A stretch of DNA of 64,000 bases from contig CAVUVW010000021.1 in the NCBI GenBank assembly GCA_963745035.1, positions 256,001 to 320,000 on the forward strand, given 5' to 3'. The notes beneath the pieces are model-generated. The model was given only the letters and a program-made list of their open reading frames with translations. It was not told the DNA's origin and searched no databases. This document shows, in pieces, positions 1 through 11,122 of this stretch. Origin of the DNA: an uncultured delta proteobacterium. GTDB taxonomy: Bacteria; Desulfobacterota; Binatia; UBA9968. Position numbers and translations under genes: made by a program. Each line of letters begins with the position of its first letter. Position 1 is the first letter of the stretch.

Positions 1-269
1 AAAGGGCCGATCAGCAGCGCCGCTTGATAGAAGCCCAGCAGTAAGGTGAGCGCGCCGACGATGAGCGCGCACGCGGCCAGGGTCCAGCTTCCGCCCGGCG
101 CGCCGGCTTGGGCAAAGCCGATGGTCCAGAGCGCGGCAACCGCCAGGATGCCGAGCAGCATGTGTAGCGACATGAGCTCAAGCGCCAAGCCCAGCCAGAA
201 CAGCGCGCCGGAGACAAGCGCCAGCACTCCCGCCAAAGTCAGAACAGCGGATGCGATACGGATGACCAT
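1..269 (-). CDS. Hypothetical membrane protein, running off the window start
   Basis: Hand translation from ATG at 269 gives MVIRIASAVLTLAGVLALVSGALFWLGLALELMSLHMLLGILAVAALWTIG..., with several hydrophobic segments and no stop before base 1. Confidence 0.6.
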   Translation of the reverse strand, partial: MVIRIASAVLTLAGVLALVSGALFWLGLALELMSLHMLLGILAVAALWTIGFAQAGAPGGSWTLAACALIVGALTLLLGFYQAALLIGP

Positions 270-335
270 AGCGGTGATGTGATCAAGCAAGCGGACGGCT
301 TTTTTCAGTCGGCAGCCGTCTCGAACGGCGGAAAG

Positions 336-650
336 TTATAGTCCCTGCTTGGCGTACTCGCAGCGGGGGCAAACCCGCGGCGAGCTATTGGCCAGAACCG
401 GCCAGCCGCATTCGTTGCAGTTCACCACCGGTTCGCCAAGCATGCCGCGCACTAACGAGCCGCAGCGCCGGCCGCCGCATGGGCCGGTGCCGACGCCGGT
501 GCGCTTGCTCACCTGCTCGAACGTCTTGGCGCCGGCCTGAATCGCTTTGACCACGGTGCCCTTGCGGATTTTATTGCACAAGCAGGCCGGCTTGAGATTT
601 TCGATGACCGCCTGCTCGCGGGTTTTTTGTTCCAGTTCGTCGATAGCGAG
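336..650 (-). CDS. BFD-like [2Fe-2S]-binding protein with C-terminal CxxC...CxxC zinc ribbon (start uncertain)
   Basis: 3' part of ORF 336..1397: ACLCNKI...GVGTGPCGGRRC (BFD-like Cys pattern), then CNECG...CPRC. No obvious ATG/GTG in frame. Confidence 0.7.
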   Translation of the reverse strand, partial: LAIDELEQKTREQAVIENLKPACLCNKIRKGTVVKAIQAGAKTFEQVSKRTGVGTGPCGGRRCGSLVRGMLGEPVVNCNECGWPVLANSSPRVCPRCEYAKQGL

Positions 651-706
651 TCCCGTCCTTTGCGGTGAAATCTCCTCTACTTTAGCACACTCGCGCGTGA
701 AACAAA

Positions 707-1696
707 TTAGCGCGCGGCGACGACGAGCGATGAGGTGAGCGGCGGCGGCAGATCGATTTGCCGGGTGCGGGTCAAGCCGGCGCGCTCCAGCCAGCTCTTG
801 ATCTCGCCGAAACTGTAACAGCGCCCGCCGTCGGTGGTGAGCAGCATAAGCAAACTGAAGATCGCGCCGACCGCCGGGTTGGCGTGGCTCTCGTCCAAAA
901 TATGATCTTTGATCACTATCGAACCGGCTGGTTTGAGATTTCCCGCGAGCTTGCCGATGAGCGCCTGGTTGCGGCTGGAATTTTCGCCGTGGATGATGTT
1001 CGAGAGAAAAACCGCATCGAACTCTCCCGGTATCGGATCCTTTCGATAGTCGCCGGCAACCAGATCGATGCGGCCGGCCAAGCCGGCTTCGCGCACGTAG
1101 CGCGCGGTGATTTCCAAAGTGCCGGGCAAGTCGAAAATCGTCGCGTGCAGGCGCGGGAAGCGGCGGCAGAGCGCGATCGGATAGGTGGCGGGGCCGGAGC
1201 CGACGTCGAGCAGCGCGCGGACGTTTTGCCAATCGAAGGCTTCGGCCACGGCGTCGGCATCGCCGCGCGCTTTCACCAGCGAGTCCATCGCGTCTATGAA
1301 AACCGCGGTTTCCCGCGCGTCTTCCTGGTACATATCGGGACGGCGCGCCGGCTTGCCGGTGCGCAGCGCCTCGGGCAACTTCGTCCACCACTGCCATGTT
1401 GCTTCTTCGAAGAGAATCATGCCGCCGACGTAGCGCGGCGAGGCCTTGAGCAAATAGAGCCTCGCCGCTTCCGATAAAGAAAAGGTTTGCGCGTGTTTCT
1501 CGAGGAGCGTTAGCGCGGCGAGGGCGTTGAGCAGCAGCTCGGCGGCTGTGGGATCGAGCTGGAGTTGTGCGGCGACCGCTTCGGCGCTTTGCGGCGCGTT
1601 TTCCAGGGCTTCGAAAACTCCCAATGCCACGGCCGTCTGCACGATCCGCGCCTCGGCATGGCCGCCGACGATGCTCATGAGCTCGGAAAAATTCAT
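707..1696 (-). CDS. SAM-dependent O-methyltransferase (dimerisation + Methyltransf_2 type)
   Basis: LLDVGSGPA motif I, TIFDLP, LVAGDY, FLSNIIH, N-terminal winged-helix dimerisation segment. Confidence 0.85.
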   Translation of the reverse strand: MNFSELMSIVGGHAEARIVQTAVALGVFEALENAPQSAEAVAAQLQLDPTAAELLLNALAALTLLEKHAQTFSLSEAARLYLLKASPRYVGGMILFEEATWQWWTKLPEALRTGKPARRPDMYQEDARETAVFIDAMDSLVKARGDADAVAEAFDWQNVRALLDVGSGPATYPIALCRRFPRLHATIFDLPGTLEITARYVREAGLAGRIDLVAGDYRKDPIPGEFDAVFLSNIIHGENSSRNQALIGKLAGNLKPAGSIVIKDHILDESHANPAVGAIFSLLMLLTTDGGRCYSFGEIKSWLERAGLTRTRQIDLPPPLTSSLVVAAR

Positions 1697-1729
1697 CAGT
1701 GCGTCCGGCGCTATCGTTGTCAGAGCGGA

Positions 1730-3175
1730 TTAAAGCCGCTCGATGATTCGATAGCTGCGGCTCTTGGGCTTGAGCGGCGCGACGATGCCGGTCTTTACCA
1801 TCAGGCGGATCTCGCGGTATGCCGTGTCGCGATCGACTTCGGCGATGCGCTCATACTCCGAGGTGGAGAAAGTCTTGCCGTGACAATACGCGTAGGCGAG
1901 CAGGCGGCGCTGGCGCGGACTGACTTGCGCCGCGCCGAATTGGTTGAGCCAGTGCAGGGTCGCTTCGTCGTAAACCGGCGCGTTGCGCAGGGTGACCGTA
2001 AAGACAAAGCCTTCGAGCGACAGCTCGGGAGGATGAAGCCCGTAACCCTCCATTTCCCGAAACATGCGCGGCACGCCTTCGCCCATCTCGCGCAGATAGC
2101 CGAGATCGGCAAGTACGCGGACGATCAGCGGATTACGCGAAAAATGCAGGCTTTTCTGCCGGCGCAGCTGGTCGAGGGTGACTGGCGCCGGCGGCGCTCC
2201 CGGGCTGCGCACGCTGATATGGTCGTCGAACATCCAGACTTCGATGGACGCGCCGCTGAGATCGTAGTCGCGGTGCGCTACGGCGTTCACCAGGGCTTCC
2301 TGCCAGGCGAAAGTCGGGTATTCGAGGCGTTCGCGGAAAAACAGATCGTGCAAGATCGTGCGCTCGCGGATGTGCTCTTTGATCCGGCCCACCGCTTCGT
2401 CGATCAGGCGCACGAGCGGCGCCTCGAAGCGAATGCGCTTGACGACGTTGAGCGAGCTGCCGTGATGGCGCTCCGCGCCTTCGTATTTGACGAAGTCGAT
2501 GCCGGCGCGCGGATGCCAGCGCGTCAGGTCCTTGGCGAACAGCAGGAGCGCGGCCATGTTGGGCGCGGGCAAGCCGCGCGAGTGATCGAGCAGGTGATAG
2601 GTCTGACTCAAGGCCGCTTGCGCATCCTTGCCGGGCTGGACCTTGTCGACGAACGCCTGCACCAGGTCGAGATCGAGGTCGAACCAGGTCGCGTTGAGCG
2701 CTTGGCGGCGCTCGTAGAAGACGCTTTTCTTCGACTCCTTGAGCGCATGAATCTGATCGGCGGGAAGAGAAACGGTTTCGCTGGCGATACGGTAAAAGGA
2801 GCGGCCGCCCGCGATGCGATAAATCTCCAAGCCCGAGGCGACTTCGAACTTCAGGAGCTGCAAGTTGCCCAAGCGAACTTTTTCGCAGGAGGGATGGAGC
2901 TGGGGGCGGAGCAGATTCTGCGGCGCCTGCATGAACGCGTGCAGCTCGTCGGCGTCGTGCGGGATTCCCGTGACGCTCTTGTCCGGCTCGACGCCGACCA
3001 GGACCGTTCCGCCGTCGGCATTGGCCATGCCAGAAAGCACCCGGACGATTTCCCGAGCCAGATCTTCCTCGCGCTTTTTCTGCCCGGCGGCGCGGCGATA
3101 CTCGTGGGCGCTGATGAATTCGAGAAACTGCCCGCGCTCCTGCTTGAGCAGGAGCCCGATTTCTTCCGCTTGCAT
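1730..3175 (-). CDS. AlbA_2/Schlafen-domain protein with RecG-C-like ATP-binding domain and C-terminal HTH
   Basis: GQFLEF...SGMANADGGTVLVGV (AlbA_2); EALVNAVAHRDY, SRNPLI, EMGEGVPRM (HATPase_c_4-like). Confidence 0.8.
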   Translation of the reverse strand: MQAEEIGLLLKQERGQFLEFISAHEYRRAAGQKKREEDLAREIVRVLSGMANADGGTVLVGVEPDKSVTGIPHDADELHAFMQAPQNLLRPQLHPSCEKVRLGNLQLLKFEVASGLEIYRIAGGRSFYRIASETVSLPADQIHALKESKKSVFYERRQALNATWFDLDLDLVQAFVDKVQPGKDAQAALSQTYHLLDHSRGLPAPNMAALLLFAKDLTRWHPRAGIDFVKYEGAERHHGSSLNVVKRIRFEAPLVRLIDEAVGRIKEHIRERTILHDLFFRERLEYPTFAWQEALVNAVAHRDYDLSGASIEVWMFDDHISVRSPGAPPAPVTLDQLRRQKSLHFSRNPLIVRVLADLGYLREMGEGVPRMFREMEGYGLHPPELSLEGFVFTVTLRNAPVYDEATLHWLNQFGAAQVSPRQRRLLAYAYCHGKTFSTSEYERIAEVDRDTAYREIRLMVKTGIVAPLKPKSRSYRIIERL

Positions 3176-3242
3176 AATGTTTGTCGTAGATCCGAGCGGA
3201 CGAGCCGAGCCGGTTCCTGGCTTTACTCCTCAGATAACTTCC

Positions 3243-4388
3243 TCAGGTCGCCGCATTCAAGCGCAAGACTTCGAGCACGATCCGCGCTGAAAGATGAAGA
3301 TCGTTCAAGTCGAGCCATTCGTTAACCGTGTGGATCTCGCGCATGCCCGTCGATAAATTCGCCACCACCAGGCCTTTTTGGTTGAGCACGTTGGCGTCGC
3401 AGCCGCCGCCCGTGGCCTGGGTCTTTACGTCCAGACTCAGATTCTTCGCCGCGGCATGGACGAGCTTGACGATAGCCGCGCTGTCGGGCACTTCCATGCG
3501 GTCGTAGTCGCGCTCGATCTTGGACTCGACCTCCGCGCTATGGCGCTTGCCGTCGAGATCCAGAAAATGGCCGGCGGCGGCTTCTTCGAGGCTGCGCTTC
3601 ATGTGCTCGGTCTGGCGCTCGAGCTTCTCGGCGCTATGGCTGCGCGCCTCGCCACGCAGGACGACCTGATTGGGCACGATGTTCACGGCCATGCCGCCTT
3701 CCACGACGCCGATGTTGGCCGTGGTCTCATGATCGATGCGGCCCAGACGCATGCGCGCGACGCCCTCGGCAGCGACCTGGATCGCGTTGATGCCCCTTTC
3801 CGGGCACATGCCGGCGTGGGCCTCGAGCCCGCGCACGCGAAACTCCATGCGATTTTTCGCCGGCGCCTTGGTGAAAAGAAATCCCACCGAGTCGCTGTCG
3901 AGCACCAGACCGGTGCGCGCGCGCAGGCGGCTTACGTCGAGGCACTTGGCGCCGATCAGACCTGCTTCTTCGCAGATCGTAAAAACCACATCGACGTCGC
4001 CGCACGGCAAATGGTTTTCCTTGACGACGCGCAGAGCCTCGCAGATGATCGCGACGCCGCTCTTATCGTCGCCGCCGAGCACGGTGCGGCCGTCGGTGCG
4101 CAGAATGTCGCCGTCGCGAATCGGTCGGATGCCTTCGCCCGGCACGACGGTATCCATGTGGGCGGAAAGGAGCAGGGGCGGGGCGCTCGCCACGCTGCCG
4201 GGAAAGTGCGCGATCAGGTTGCCGACGTTGCCGCCGACTTTCTCGCCGGCGTCGTCGATAAAAATCGCGGCGCCGAGCTCTTCCATTTCACGCTTCAGGC
4301 GCAACGCCACGTCGCGCTCGCGGCGCGACAGGCTGTCGATTTGAATGAGCTCGATGAGCAGATTGTTGAGTCGTTCGTGCTGGATCAA
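3243..4388 (-). CDS. M20 family metallopeptidase (peptidase T-like)
   Basis: SAHMDTV, LGGDDKSG, ICEEAG, GGCDAN and IHT motifs. Confidence 0.9.
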   Translation of the reverse strand: MIQHERLNNLLIELIQIDSLSRRERDVALRLKREMEELGAAIFIDDAGEKVGGNVGNLIAHFPGSVASAPPLLLSAHMDTVVPGEGIRPIRDGDILRTDGRTVLGGDDKSGVAIICEALRVVKENHLPCGDVDVVFTICEEAGLIGAKCLDVSRLRARTGLVLDSDSVGFLFTKAPAKNRMEFRVRGLEAHAGMCPERGINAIQVAAEGVARMRLGRIDHETTANIGVVEGGMAVNIVPNQVVLRGEARSHSAEKLERQTEHMKRSLEEAAAGHFLDLDGKRHSAEVESKIERDYDRMEVPDSAAIVKLVHAAAKNLSLDVKTQATGGGCDANVLNQKGLVVANLSTGMREIHTVNEWLDLNDLHLSARIVLEVLRLNAAT

Positions 4389-4546
4389 AACGAAAACCTC
4401 GCTGTTCTCGGCAATCGAGCGGTGCGATCTTTCGCGACCGCGTTACCTCGGACTCGGGCTCAATCTGCCATAGTTGCCGGCCAAGGCCAAGCGAAAATCG
4501 ACCGTGCTAAAGGGACAAGTTCAGCGTGTGAGAAAGCGCGCCCGCG

Positions 4547-5434
4547 TCAAAGCCGGCCGTGGTCGAGCAGGGTCAGCAAACCGGTAAATTCCAACTCGGC
4601 AAACAAGCCGCGCAGTTTTTCCACATGAAAGCTGGTGCGCCGGAGACCATCGAGGCCGACCGCCAGCGGCGCATCTTTTCTGATGGTGGCGAGATCGCGG
4701 CTGAGAAACGCCGCGTCGCGGCCGCCTGCGAGAGTCCCGCGCAGCCGCGCCGCGCCGCGCAGGCGCAATGCCGCGACCTCGTCGAGGCGGTCATAGAGAT
4801 TCTCCAACGTATCAAACTGCTGAATCAAAGCGATGGCGGTTTTGGTGCCGATGCCGCGAACGCCCGGAATATTATCGACAGGATCGCCCATCAAACCCAT
4901 GACCTGAACAACCCGATCGGGACTGACCCCGAATCTGGCGTGAACGTCGACGGTGTCGATCCAGCGGTTCCTCGCGCTATCGAAAAGCTGAATTCTTCGA
5001 CCCACCAGCTGCATGAAATCCTTGTCGCTGGAAACGACGACGATGTCGCAGTCCTGTTGCGCCAGCGTCGCGCAGATGGTCGCAATCAAGTCGTCGGCTT
5101 CGTAGCCCGGCATTTCGAAAAAGGGCAGGTTGAGGCATTCCAGCAAGCGGCGCAGGTAGGGGAGTTGGGCCGTAAGGGCGGGCGGACGCTCGGGGCGGTT
5201 GCCTTTGTAGCCCGCGAACATTCGATGGCGAAAGGTTTCCCTGCCTGCATCGAACACGACTGCGGCGTATTCCGGCTGGTGTTGCTTGAACAGCCTCAGC
5301 AGCAGGTGGAGAAAGCCGAATACGGCGTGGGTGGGCAAGCTGGCGGAATGATCCAGCGGCGGAATGCCAAAGAACGCGCGGAAAACATACGAGCTGCCGT
5401 CGATCAGAAACAGGCGGGGACGCGGCGTGGTCAC
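4547..5434 (-). CDS. Standalone 5'-3' exonuclease (PolI N-terminal / flap endonuclease-like)
   Basis: LIDGSSYVFRAF, YKGNR, YEADD, SSDKDF, GDPVDNIPGVRGIG; ends without a polymerase domain. Confidence 0.9.
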   Translation of the reverse strand: MTTPRPRLFLIDGSSYVFRAFFGIPPLDHSASLPTHAVFGFLHLLLRLFKQHQPEYAAVVFDAGRETFRHRMFAGYKGNRPERPPALTAQLPYLRRLLECLNLPFFEMPGYEADDLIATICATLAQQDCDIVVVSSDKDFMQLVGRRIQLFDSARNRWIDTVDVHARFGVSPDRVVQVMGLMGDPVDNIPGVRGIGTKTAIALIQQFDTLENLYDRLDEVAALRLRGAARLRGTLAGGRDAAFLSRDLATIRKDAPLAVGLDGLRRTSFHVEKLRGLFAELEFTGLLTLLDHGRL

Positions 5435-5551
5435 AGTGCTGTCGATCGAGTTCGTTTCAACATTCTCATGAGTTGCTCGACGGCGCTTTACAACGATGCC
5501 GATCCGAGCACGAAACTTGCGGCCTCGTCATGCCCGTCATTTTGCAGCGGG

Positions 5552-6973
5552 CTAGGAAGGACGCCGCGCAAACGTGTGGGTTGCCGTGCCGTAGAACGAT
5601 TCGGCCGCTTCCATGAGCGTTTCCGACAGAGTCGGATGGGGATGCACCGACTCGGCCAAGTCGCGCGCGGTGGCGCCCATCTCGACCGCGAGCACGCCTT
5701 CGCCGATCAACTCGCCGGCGCCGACGCCGGCGATGCCGACGCCGAGAATTCTCTCCGACTCGGGCTCAATGATCAGCTTGGTCAAACCGTCGGGCCGATC
5801 CAGGGTGAGCGCGCGGCCCGAAGCGCCCCATAGGAACTTGGCGACTTTGACCTCGATGTTTTTGGCCTTTGCTTCGGTTTCCGTCAGACCGCACCAGGCG
5901 ACTTCCGGGTCCGTGTACACCACGGCCGGAATCACTACGTTTTCGAAGGCGCTGTGCTTCTCCGAGCATCGCTTCGACGGCGATACGCGCCTCCTTGGAC
6001 GCGCGGTGCGCGAGCAGGGCGCCGCCGTTCACGTCGCCGATGGCGTAGATATTCGGGTCTTCGGTCTGCTGCTGGGCGTTGCACTGGATGAAAGCCCTTG
6101 TCGTCTTTGGTGACTTTGGTATTTTCCAGTCCGAGATCGGCGAGATTCGGCGCGCGCCCGACGCTCACGAGAACGCGATCGTAGAGCTCCTCGCGCGGCT
6201 GCTTGTCGATCTCCATGGTCACTTTGATCTGTTTGCCGGCGGTGGCCATCTTCTGCACCTTGGTGTTGACGCGGATTTCTTTGAAGGCCTTTTGCGCGGC
6301 GCGCATCACCGGGCGGGCCAGATCGGGATCGACGCCGGCGAGAATCGAAGGCAAGGCTTCCAGCACCACGACGTTGCTGCCGAGGGCGGCATACACGGTG
6401 CCGAGCTCCATGCCGATATAGCCGCCGCCGACCACCAGCAGGTCATGCGGAATGTCGGGAAGCTCCAACGCCTCGGTGGAGGTCATGACCCGTTTGTTGC
6501 CGAGATCGAAAGCGTTGGGCATCGCCGGCTTGGAGCCGACCGCGATTATCGCCTTTTCATAGCGGATGAACTTTCTGTCCTTCGCTGGTCTCGACGCGCA
6601 GCGTTTGCGAATCTTCGAAGTGGCCGCGGCCGTGCACGACCTGAACGCCGCGCTGCTTGCGCGAGGCCGGCGATCCCCTGGCCGAGTTTCTCGAGAATCG
6701 ATTCCTTCCAGTGCGCGCAGCTTGTCGAGATCGACCTTCGGCTGGCCAAACTCGATTCCCCGGTGCGCCGATTCCTTGGCTTCGCGCAAAACCGCAGCGG
6801 CATGGAGCAGCGCCTTGGAAGGGATGCAGCCGACGTTCAGGCAGATGCCGCCGAGCCGCGGGATTCTGCTCGACCAGAGTGACTTTCTTGCCCCTGTCCG
6901 CGGCATAAAACGCGGCGGCGTAGCCGCCGGGCCCGGCGCCAAGAACGACGATTTCGGTGGTGATCGGTTCCAT
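5552..6973 (-). CDS. lpdA: Dihydrolipoamide dehydrogenase (E3), split by several frameshifts
   Basis: [36 protein letters not shown] and HPHPTLSE spread over ORFs 6557..6973, 5935..6942, 5766..6032, 5552..5935. Confidence 0.9.
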
Positions 6974-6981
6974 AAAGAAAA

Positions 6982-8305
6982 TTACTTGAGCTTCACGTCC
7001 GCTTCGTCGAAGGCTTCGAGCCCGGCGATCACGTCCTTGAGGAACCGCACCGCGTCGGCGCCGTCCAGAACGCGATGATCGTAGGCGAGGCAGAGCGGCA
7101 GGATCGTTCGAATGGCGATTTTCCCGTCGATCGCGACCGGCTTCGCTTGACCTTGGCCGACGCCCAGGATGGCCACTTGGGGCGCATAAATGATCGGCGT
7201 GAAGTGGCTGCCGCCGATGCTGCCTTGGTTGGAAATCGTGAACGTGCCGCCTTGGAGCTCTTCGATGGCAATTTTACGTTGGCGGGTTTTCTCGGTGAGC
7301 GCGTGCAGCTCTTCGGAAAGCTGCAAAAGATTTTTCTGATCGACGTCGCGCAACACCGGCACGATCAGTCCGCCTTCGGTGTCGACGGCGACGCCGATGT
7401 GGCAGTAGTCTTTGTAGATGATCTCCAGACGTCGCTTCGTCCATGCTCGCATTGGCGCGCGGATGTTTTTTGAGCGCGCGCCCGAGAACCAGCAGCAGAA
7501 ATGCGGTGAGCGTGAGACGCGCGCCTTTTTTTTCGTAAGCTGGCCGCGTGCTTCTTGCGCAGCGCCAGCAGGGCGGTGATATCGGCGTCGGCGAATTGAT
7601 TGATCTTGGGAATCGTCGTCCACGACTCCACCATGCGCCGGCTCACGGTGCGCCGGAGCGGCGACATCTTTTCGCGCCGCACCGGTCCCCATTTGCTGAA
7701 ATCGATCGCTTCGGTGAGCGGCTGCGGCAGGACGCCGCTGCAGGTTGCGCCGCCGCGCCCGGAGCTGGGCCTGGCCGGCAATTTCTTGCAGTCGCTGAAT
7801 GTACGCGCGCACGTCGGCGAGATTGATTCGGCCGCCGGCCTCGCTGCCGCGGACTGCGCGTAAGATCGATGCCGAGCTCGCGCGCGATTTTGCGCATCGA
7901 CGGCGGAGCCGGAGGCGGCGCGCCGCTCTTGGATTCGTAGCGATAATCGTTCGGCGCTCTTACCGGCGCGGCTCGGCGCTGCGGCGAGGAGCTCGAGGCT
8001 TGGCGTGCCGGCGTTGGCTCTCGGGTGCGCTCGCCGCGGCTGAGTGTTTCGCCGCAGTGCGCCGCCGCGCCGCCGGCTTTCGATGCGAGATCAGCACTTG
8101 GCCGACGCTGACCTCCATGCCCTTGCTTGACATGAATCTTCGTGACGACGCCGGCGCTCGGCGCCGGAATCGAGCCCACCGCCTTCTGGGTTTCGAGCTC
8201 CATGATCGGCTGGTCTTTTTTGACTTCCTGGCCTTCGGCGACCAGAATATTGACGACCGTGCCGCCCTCTACACCTTCAGCGAGCTGGGGAAGTTTGACG
8301 TCCAT
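6982..8305 (-). CDS. aceF: Dihydrolipoamide acetyltransferase (E2), frameshifted
   Basis: Lipoyl domain MELETQKAV, E3-binding PSMRKIARELGIDL, catalytic AYDHRVLDG, in different frames. Confidence 0.88.
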
Positions 8306-8335
8306 GAAGAGAATGCGCTGCTGTCTATGCGTGAT

Positions 8336-11064
8336 TTAGAGATAGTGGGGAAAGGCTTTTTCCGGATCGATGGCGAGCTTGTTGATGGCTTCTTCGACGG
8401 TTTGCGCGGGCAAAGAGCCTTTTTGATAGAGCGCATAGAGAGTCGCCAGAGCCGGTGATTTCGGCGTCGACTTCGAAGAACCGCCGCAGGTTTGCCCGGG
8501 TGTCGCTGCGGCCGAAGCCGTCCGTGCCCAAGGCTCATCAGGCCGCCCGGCACCCACGGCGCGATCTGATCGGGCACCATTTTCATGTAATCGGAAACCG
8601 CAACGAACGGACCTTCTTCGTCTTGCAGCACGGACTCGAAATAAGATTTTTTCGGCGGCGCCGTCGGATGAAGCATGTTCCAGCGTTTGGTTCGCAGCGC
8701 GTCGCCGCGCAGCAGCTTGTAGCTGGTCGCGCTCCAGACGTCGGCGGAGACATCGAACTGTTCGGCGAGAATTTCCTGTGCGCGCAAGGCTTCGCGCAAC
8801 AACGGGCCGCTGCCGAAAATATGCGCTTTGAATTTTTTCCGTTGCGCGGCCGGCTTGAGCTTGTAAAGGCCTTTGAGGATGCCCTCTTCGGCGCCTGCGG
8901 GCATCTCCGGCATCGGATAGCTCTCGTTGTAGAGCGTCAGATAATAAAAATATTCCTCGCCTTCTGCATACAAGCGCCGCAGGCCGTCTTTGATAATGAC
9001 GGCGATTTCATAGGCGAAGGCCGGGTCGTAGGTGAGCAGGGTGGGGACCGTGCTCGCCAGAAGATGGCTGTGGCCGTCCTGATGCTGCAAGCCTTCGCCG
9101 TTAAGGGTGGTGCGGCCGGCGGTGGCGCCCAGCAGAAATCCCTTGGCTTTGCTGTCGGCCGCCGCCCAGATCAGATCGCCGATGCGCTGGAAGCCGAACA
9201 TCGAATAATAGAAATAGAAGGGAATCAGGTTGAGCCCGAGGTTGGCGTAGGCCGTGCCGGCGGCGATGAAACGACGACATCGCGCCGGCCTCGGTAATGC
9301 CTTCTTCGAGAATCTGCCCGTCTTTGGCTTCGTTATAGTAGAGCAAGCGTCTCGCGATCGACCGGCTCGTAGAGCTGGCCTTTGGGCGAATAGATGCCGA
9401 TCTGGCGAAACAGCGAGTCCATGCCGAAAGTTCTCGCTTCATCGGGGATGATCGGCACGATGCGCTTGCCGATTTCCTCGTGGCGCAGCAGCTGTGATAA
9501 AAGGCGCACCGCGGCCCCGGTGGTCGAGAGCGACGTGCTCGCCCGAGCCTTTGATCGACTCGGCGTATTCGGCTGCTCTCGGGAACTTTGAGCGGCTTTG
9601 GCGCGGACCTTTCGCTCCGGAATGAAGCCGCCCAGCTGCTTGCGCCGCTGCGAGCAGGTACTGGGTCTCCGGGCTGTCGAGCGGCGGCCGATAAAAGGGC
9701 GTCTCGACGACTTCTTCATCGGGCAGCGGAATGTCGAAGCGGCTGCGAAACTCGCGCAGCTCCCGCTCGTTGAGCTTTTTCTGCTGGTGCGTGATGTTTC
9801 GGCCTTCGCCGGCTTCGCCCAAGCCATAGCCCTTGACGGTCTTGGCGAGAATCACCGTGGGCGCGCCTTTGTGTTCGACCGCGGCTTGTAGGCGGCGTAA
9901 ACTTTTTTCGGATCGTGGCCGCCGCGCAGCAGCTTGCGAATCTGGTCATCGGTCAGATGATTGACCATCTCCAAAAGCTCGGGATATTTGCCGAAAAAGT
10001 GTTTGCGCGTGTAGCTGCCGGGCTCGACCGAATATTTCTGATACTCGCCGTCGACCGCTTCTTCCATGCGCTTGAGCAGCAGGCCTTTTTCGTCGGCGGC
10101 CAGAAGCGGGTCCCAATCGGAGCCCCAGATCACTTTGATGACGTTCCATCCGGCGCCGCGGAAAAGCGCTTCGAGCTCCTGGATGATCTTGCCGTTGCCG
10201 CGCACCGGGCCGTCCAGACGCTGCAGATTGCAGTTGACGACCCAGATCAGGTTGTCGAGATTCTCCCGCGCCGCGACCGTGAGCGCCCCGGACGACTCGG
10301 GCTCGTCCATTTCGCCGTCGCCGGCGAAAGCACCAGACGCGCGGCTCCTCGCGGGCGAGCAGGCCGCGGCTTTTGAGATAGCGCATGAAACGCGCCTGAT
10401 AGATCGACATGATCGGCGCCAGGCCCATGGAAACCGTCGGGAATTGCCAGAAATCCGGCATCAAATACGGATGCGGATAGGAGGAAACGCCGCCGACCGG
10501 CGAAAGCTCCTGGCGAAAGTGATGCAGCTTGGGCGCGTTGATGCGCCACTCGACGTAGGCGCGCGAGTAGATGCCCGGCGACGCGTGGCCTTGAAAGTAG
10601 ACCATGTCGGCGTAATGATCGCCGTCGCCGCCGCGAAAAAAATGGTTGAAGCCGACTTCGTAGAGCGTCGCGGACGACGCGTAAGTCGAAATATGACCGC
10701 CGATGTCGGGATGAATGCGATTGGCCTTGACGACCATCGCCATGGCGTTCCAGCGGATGTAGCTTTTGATGCGCCGCTCGATCTCGCGATTGCCGGGATA
10801 GGGCGGCTCTTTCTCGGGCGGGATGGTGTTGATGTACGGCGTGCTCACCGTCTGCGGAACCTTGAGACCGGAGCCGCGCAGACGATTGTTCAGCTCTTCG
10901 AGAAGCAGGGAGGCCTGTTCGGACTGCTCATTTCTGAGAATGTGCTCGAGCAGATGCTCGAGGGACGCCACCCATTTGTGGCGGTCATTTTTATTTCCCT
11001 TGCCGTTTTCGCCGTCGCCGACCAGAGCAGCTCCGTCACCGGTAAGTTTTTTGTCTGTTTCCAT
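8336..11064 (-). CDS. aceE: Pyruvate dehydrogenase E1, homodimeric AceE type, frameshifted
   Basis: [57 protein letters not shown] and GTDGFGRSD over at least six ORF pieces. Confidence 0.92.
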
Positions 11065-11122
11065 CGCGCCTCGCTCAATTTTAACAGACAACAAAAAAGA
11101 ATTAAAATCAACTGACAACAAA
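11046..11122. promoter_or_regulatory. AT-rich divergent aceE/lplA control region with repeated AACWGACAA boxes
   Basis: aacagacaacaaa (11083-11095) and aactgacaacaaa (11110-11122), plus inverted ttgtctgtt at about 11051-11059. Confidence 0.45.
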
